A stretch of DNA of 55,726 nt, counting the filler, from Fonticula-like sp. SCN 57-25 (Eukaryota): assembly GCA_001724245.1 (NCBI GenBank). It is 2 parts of 2 records of this genome, joined end to end, with 100 filler letters (N's around TTAATTAATTAA, not from the genome) between each part and the next. Parts side by side here need not be neighbours in the genome. Positions count along the whole stretch, not along the records: positions 31,457 to 55,726 come from MEDX01000063.1; 1 more part is not named here. One strand, written 5' to 3'. Below, one piece after another: positions 51,270-55,726 of the stretch. The notes beneath the pieces were generated by a model, which was given only the letters and a program-made list of their open reading frames with translations, was not told the DNA's origin and searched no databases. How positions within the stretch are numbered: position 1 is the first letter of the stretch; every line of letters begins with the position of its first letter. The translations under genes were made by a program, and so were the position numbers.

Positions 51270-52377
51270 ATGGCGCTTCCGCGGTGCGCAAAAGGGCGCC
51301 GACGGGGCGGGCGGGGATGATGCCGCAGTCGCTGTACTAACGCTGTATGCTGTGCGGCAGGTGGGCCAAGCTGCTGGCATTGGGCGTTGCCCTTGCTGTT
51401 GCGCGTCGCATCTATATTAACCGCAATCTGCGGAGCTTCAAGGGGGATGTCGTTGTGATCACTGGTGGCGGGAGCGGCATCGGCCGGCTCCTGGCGCTCA
51501 AGTTTGCCCGCCTGGGCGCGCGCATTGCCATTTGGGACATTAACGAGGCAGCCGCCAAGGCTGTCGGTACGCAGTGCTCTTGTTAGCTGCACTGTTAGCA
51601 TCTTCTAACGATGCGTAGCCGACGAGGTCCGCGCGCTCGGCGCCGAGTCGCGCTCGTACGTCGCCGACGTCAGCAACCGCACTGCGGTGTACAGCCTCGC
51701 CGACAAGACGATCGAGGACTTTGGGCAGGTGGACGTGCTTGTTAACAACGCGGGCATCGTCAGCGGCAAGCGCTTCTTTGATGTGACGTACGATGGCACA
51801 CATTCAGAGGTATCAGCTGACCGCGATGCAGTGACGAGCAGATCCTGCGCACGATGGACATCAACATCAATGCTCACTTTTGGACCGCGCGCGCGTTCGT
51901 CCCCGCGATGCTCAAGCGCAACCACGGCTTTGTGATCACGATCGCGAGCGCTGCCGGCCTCATCGGCGTCGCCGGCCTCAACGAGTACTGCGCGAGCAAG
52001 TTTGCCGCCTTTGGGTTCGCAGAGAGCCTCCGCTTTGAGCTGCAAAAGGGCGGCTACACGGGCGTCAAGTCGCTTGCCGTGTGCCCCTTTTACATCAACA
52101 CGGGCATGTTTGACGGCGTCAAGGCCAGGTACGGCCACTTTTCTTTATCGTTTTTGGCTAATTTCCCCCGAGGTGGCCGCTGCGGATACTCGAGCCCGAC
52201 TACGTGGTCAACGAGATTGTCTACGCGGCGCAGACAAACACCGAGATGCTCATGCTGCCGCGCAACGTTGCGCTCGTGCCCATTGGACGCGCGCTCCTCC
52301 CGACGAGCGTCTTTGACGCGGTCTGCCACGCGGCGGGGCTCAACCAGGGCATGGACCACTTTAAGGGAAGGTCGTAA
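51270..52377 (+). CDS. Short-chain dehydrogenase/reductase (SDR16C/RDH10/17beta-HSD11-like)
   Basis: N-terminal hydrophobic anchor, [26 protein letters not shown] and [10 protein letters not shown]. Four short introns. Confidence 0.92.
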
Positions 52378-52605
52378 GGTAGTGAGTCAGTGTTAGGCAG
52401 CACATGCATGCATAATTATACCTCTTTAATACATCAATGTCATTATGGAAAAAGGCATATTAATTTTTTATGATATCGAAAATGTACCAGAATGTTACCG
52501 GAAAGTCACCGAAATGGCATCAAAATGGTGGTTAACAGCATGTTTATTGGTAGTTTACATTAGTGTACACACGGGAAACAACAAAAGGCCTTTACAAAAA
52601 ATAGA

Positions 52606-53934
52606 TTACTCTGCCTTTGAACGCTTTGCCTTTTTCGGCACTGTCACCTTGTCCGCCTCGTCTGCGCGCTTCTTTTTCGCAGCCGCGTCCGGGCGCTGCT
52701 TCTTCACAGGCGTCGCCGCCGCGTCCGCCTCCTCGGCGCGCTTCTTCTTCTTGGGCGTCGCCTCGTCGGCGCGCGACTTCTTTTGCGGCGTCGCCTTGTC
52801 AGCCTCCTCGGTGCGCTTCTTCTTCTTGCTGACCACGTTGGCGCCGTCCTCCGTCTTTTTCGAGGCAGTGCGGATGGAGCCCCAGAGCGCCTCGTTGGCG
52901 GCCTCCTCGTCGACTTCCTCCTCTTCCTCGTCGTCGTCCTCGTCGTCGTCGCCCTTGCGACGCGGCGGCTTCTGCACCGGCGCGGCGGCCTGCTTGATTT
53001 CGCCCTCTGCGCTAAAGAGGACGGCGGACATGCGCAGCTTGAGGTAGGTCTTTGAGACGAGCGACTTGGTCTGCGTGTTGTGGACGCGCACGAAGCGGTC
53101 GAGGCCGACGGCGGCAACCAGCGGCTTTGTCGGGTGCACGGCGACGTCGGTGATGGCGCCGGCGAACCCGCTGAATGTCGCGAGCGTGCGGCCCGGCGCG
53201 CGCAGGTCGACCAGGCTGAGATTGCCAAAGGCGTCGCCGACAATGATCGCGTTGCCGTCGGGCGTGGCGGTGCACGTGTTGAAGCTGTGCTTGCCAACGG
53301 AAATGTCCAGGACGGGGCGGCGCTGAGCCTTGGTGTCGTACAGGCGAATCTGATGATGCGCCGTGGCCGTGGCGACCTTGTCACCAGACGGGCCGACAAA
53401 GCACAGATCACGGATATGGATCGGCACCTGGAGATCGAGCATCGTGTTGCGCACATTGCGCGCAGCAAAGGTCGACGTGCCGGAAAGGTCCCACAGCTTC
53501 AGGTCGTGATCCTTGCCGCCGCTCGCGAGCACGGCGCCAGAGCCGACCTCGAGGCAGCGCATGTGCGAGATGGCGCGGCCGGTCGACCACGAGACGCGCG
53601 AGGGGGCGTTGAACGCGTCGACGGCACGAAGCTCAACAGCACCAGACTCGGTCGCAAAGAACACGTCAGAGCCGACGCAGCCGAGACCAACGATGGGGCC
53701 CGTCGCCCTACGATCGCCCATGTCGGCCACGAGGTTGCCGTCCGCGACGCCCACAATGTCAATAACGCCGTCGCTGCGGCCGGCAAGCACGCTCGCCTCG
53801 TCGGCGCCCGACCACGCGAGCTCCGTCACGCCGTGTGTCTTGTCGACGTACGCGCCCCAGGTCTGCACGACCGACGACTGCTCCACGCTCACCTCCTTGA
53901 GCAGGCCGCCCTCATCGCCAGTCACCACACGCAT
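52606..53934 (-). CDS. WDR74: WD40 ribosome biogenesis factor WDR74/Nsa1, intronless
   Basis: VTGDEGGLLK, GGKDHDLKLWDL, ARNVRNTMLDLQVP, IRLYDTKAQRRPV and VGLDRFVRVH, with a Lys-rich tail. Confidence 0.92.
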   Translation of the reverse strand: MRVVTGDEGGLLKEVSVEQSSVVQTWGAYVDKTHGVTELAWSGADEASVLAGRSDGVIDIVGVADGNLVADMGDRRATGPIVGLGCVGSDVFFATESGAVELRAVDAFNAPSRVSWSTGRAISHMRCLEVGSGAVLASGGKDHDLKLWDLSGTSTFAARNVRNTMLDLQVPIHIRDLCFVGPSGDKVATATAHHQIRLYDTKAQRRPVLDISVGKHSFNTCTATPDGNAIIVGDAFGNLSLVDLRAPGRTLATFSGFAGAITDVAVHPTKPLVAAVGLDRFVRVHNTQTKSLVSKTYLKLRMSAVLFSAEGEIKQAAAPVQKPPRRKGDDDEDDDEEEEEVDEEAANEALWGSIRTASKKTEDGANVVSKKKKRTEEADKATPQKKSRADEATPKKKKRAEEADAAATPVKKQRPDAAAKKKRADEADKVTVPKKAKRSKAE

Positions 53935-54047
53935 GGCAGCGTCACCGTCGAGGAAGAATCTGGATCCGGATCGGCGAATCGCGATCGACAACAGTTTAGC
54001 ATCCCCTTTCTAGCTGCGCCGGGCGCGGGTCTGTTTGGGCGCCGGCC

Positions 54048-55144
54048 ATGGTACGCGCGCTCGCTGCGCCGCCGCGCGCGCGTGAATCAAAAGCGCTGAC
54101 ACGCCATTGTGTGCATTAGGTTTCGACGCTTTCATCGTTTGAGACCTCTCATGAGGATATGATTGTGCGTCTCTTTTTCCATGCCTTTCCTCGTTCTCAC
54201 CCGTCGCCTCAGCATGACGCTCAGATGGACTATTACGGCCGCCGCCTTGCGACGTGCTCGTCTGACCGGACGATCCGCATCTTTGAGGTTGAAAAAGATA
54301 CCTCTCGCCTTGTTGAGGTGCTCCAGTCGCACGACGGCCCCGTGTGGCAGGTCGCCTGGGCGCACCCCAAGTTTGGCAGCATCCTTGCCTCCTGCTCGTA
54401 CGACGGCAAGGTGATCTTTTGGCGTGAGAGCGGCTCTTCATGGGAGGTGTTCCTTGAGCACCGCCACGACGCGTCCGTGAACGCGATCTCGTGGGCTCCC
54501 TACGAGTTTGGCCTTTCGCTGGCGTGCGCCTCGTCGGACGCCAAGTTTTCCGTCCTCACGATCCGTGCGTGCTGGCACCTTGATCGCCTCTGATGGCCCT
54601 TGATGCTGACCCTCTCCCTGCTTTAGGCGACAACGCGCTTGACGTCAAGGTATACCACGCGCACCCCTCTGGCTGCAATGCCGTCAGCTGGGCCCCCGCG
54701 CTTTCCGCGAGCAAGGATGGCGCGCCCGTACGGCGGATCGCCACCGGCGGCTGCGACAACCTGATCAAGATCTGGCGCTACAATGAGGAGGACACACAGT
54801 GGACGCAGGAGGGCAATGCGCTCGAGGGCCACTCGGATTGGATCCGGGACCTGTCGTGGGCGCAGTACGTCGGCGGGACGGGCCTCATGCTCGCCAGCTG
54901 CTCGCAGGACAAGCAGGTGCTCATCTGGACGCTCGAGAACGACGAGTGGAAGGAGCCCGTGCCCGTCCGGAAAGAGGGGTTCGCAGAGGTCGTCTGGCGC
55001 GTCTCGTGGTCGGTGACCGGCACAATCCTCGCCGTGTCGAGCGGCGACAACAAGGTCACGCTCTTCAAGCAGGCCGTCGACGGAAGGTGGGAGAACCTCA
55101 ACGACTTTGACGATGCCGCCGCGCAGGGGGGGGTCGCGCAGTAA
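54048..55144 (+). CDS. SEC13: COPII/nuclear pore WD40 protein Sec13
   Basis: ATG then an intron; [44 protein letters not shown] and WRVSWS.TG.ILAVS.GDNKV. Confidence 0.97.
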
Positions 55145-55341
55145 TTCTTTTTTAAAAACACATTTATAAAATATACTTTGAATTGCAATGCTTAACCAGG
55201 ACAAAAACGTCACAATAACGCGTTTAATATCCGAGTGCGTTCCAAAATGAGATTATAACACACTTTTTACTACATTATGTTGTACAAACCCCTTTCGGCC
55301 TCTATGATAAACTGCGCCATAAAGAGATCGATATTGCTCCC

Positions 55342-55726
55342 CTACACCATCTTTGGCCTCAATGGCAGGCAGAGGTTATAGAATGCATCCTTTCTAAACA
55401 GCTCTGGCCCCTTCCACCCGACCCACCCCTTATCCTGAATCGTCTTTAAATTCTCACTTCCCGTATAGTGCGGGTCCAGAATAAGGAACTTTACCGCGCC
55501 CGTCCTCTCGTTCAAGTCGACGCCCAGCAGCGTGTAGGCCAGCACGCCTCCACCAATCATAACCGGCGTCCCCTGCGTCTCAAAGTGGTGCGCAAGCTCG
55601 CGCGCCCTCGTCGGGAACTCTGCGCCCGACTCGAGCCGGAGAATGCGACACGTGACGCCGTAAAAGTGGTCGAGCAGGAACGAAATTTCCAGCGAGCCAA
55701 TCCAGTCGCGGCTGCCGACAAAGGCC
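55342..55726 (-). CDS. UFSP2: Ufm1-specific protease (peptidase C78), 3' part; runs off the window
   Basis: [46 protein letters not shown] and YNLCLP. Confidence 0.93.
   Translation of the reverse strand, partial: AFVGSRDWIGSLEISFLLDHFYGVTCRILRLESGAEFPTRARELAHHFETQGTPVMIGGGVLAYTLLGVDLNERTGAVKFLILDPHYTGSENLKTIQDKGWVGWKGPELFRKDAFYNLCLPLRPKMV

Noticed and set aside
46550-51270. Transposon boundaries around the SAMD9-like gene
   Set aside because: No terminal inverted repeats, LTRs, target-site duplication or transposase are visible. The GC-rich imperfect hairpin near 46790-46818 has no partner.

Overview
Gene-dense, GC-rich eukaryotic genomic window with about 27 protein-coding genes, short spliceosomal introns (mostly ~40-60 nt, donors GTACG/GTGCG) and short intergenic spacers. 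EF-1alpha carries the opisthokont-type insertion. The gene set mixes fungal-type genes (Rvs167-like, LYS1) with genes lost in yeasts (CMTR1, UFSP2, PRL), which suggests a unicellular opisthokont, possibly an early-diverging holomycotan. Most genes are housekeeping: CMTR1, a TBC GAP, Hikeshi, PRP4K, MOT1, DHX57-like, Vps34, beta-carbonic anhydrase, EF1A, ENGase, CPT2, LSM1, DXO, LYS1, an SDR, WDR74, SEC13 and UFSP2. An artificial 100-nt N/TTAATTAATTAA spacer at 31357-31456 breaks Vps34 and a DCAF8-like gene. The standout is a lower-GC, three-exon gene at 47033-50931 (~1263 aa) that resembles animal SAMD9/SAMD9L motif by motif: AlbA_2/Schlafen-like, SIR2-like, STAND NTPase, helical/TPR-like and OB-like regions. 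It has no SAM domain and an altered nuclease motif, making it a candidate antiviral STAND sensor-effector in a protist. All assignments come from visual motif recognition; no database searches were run.
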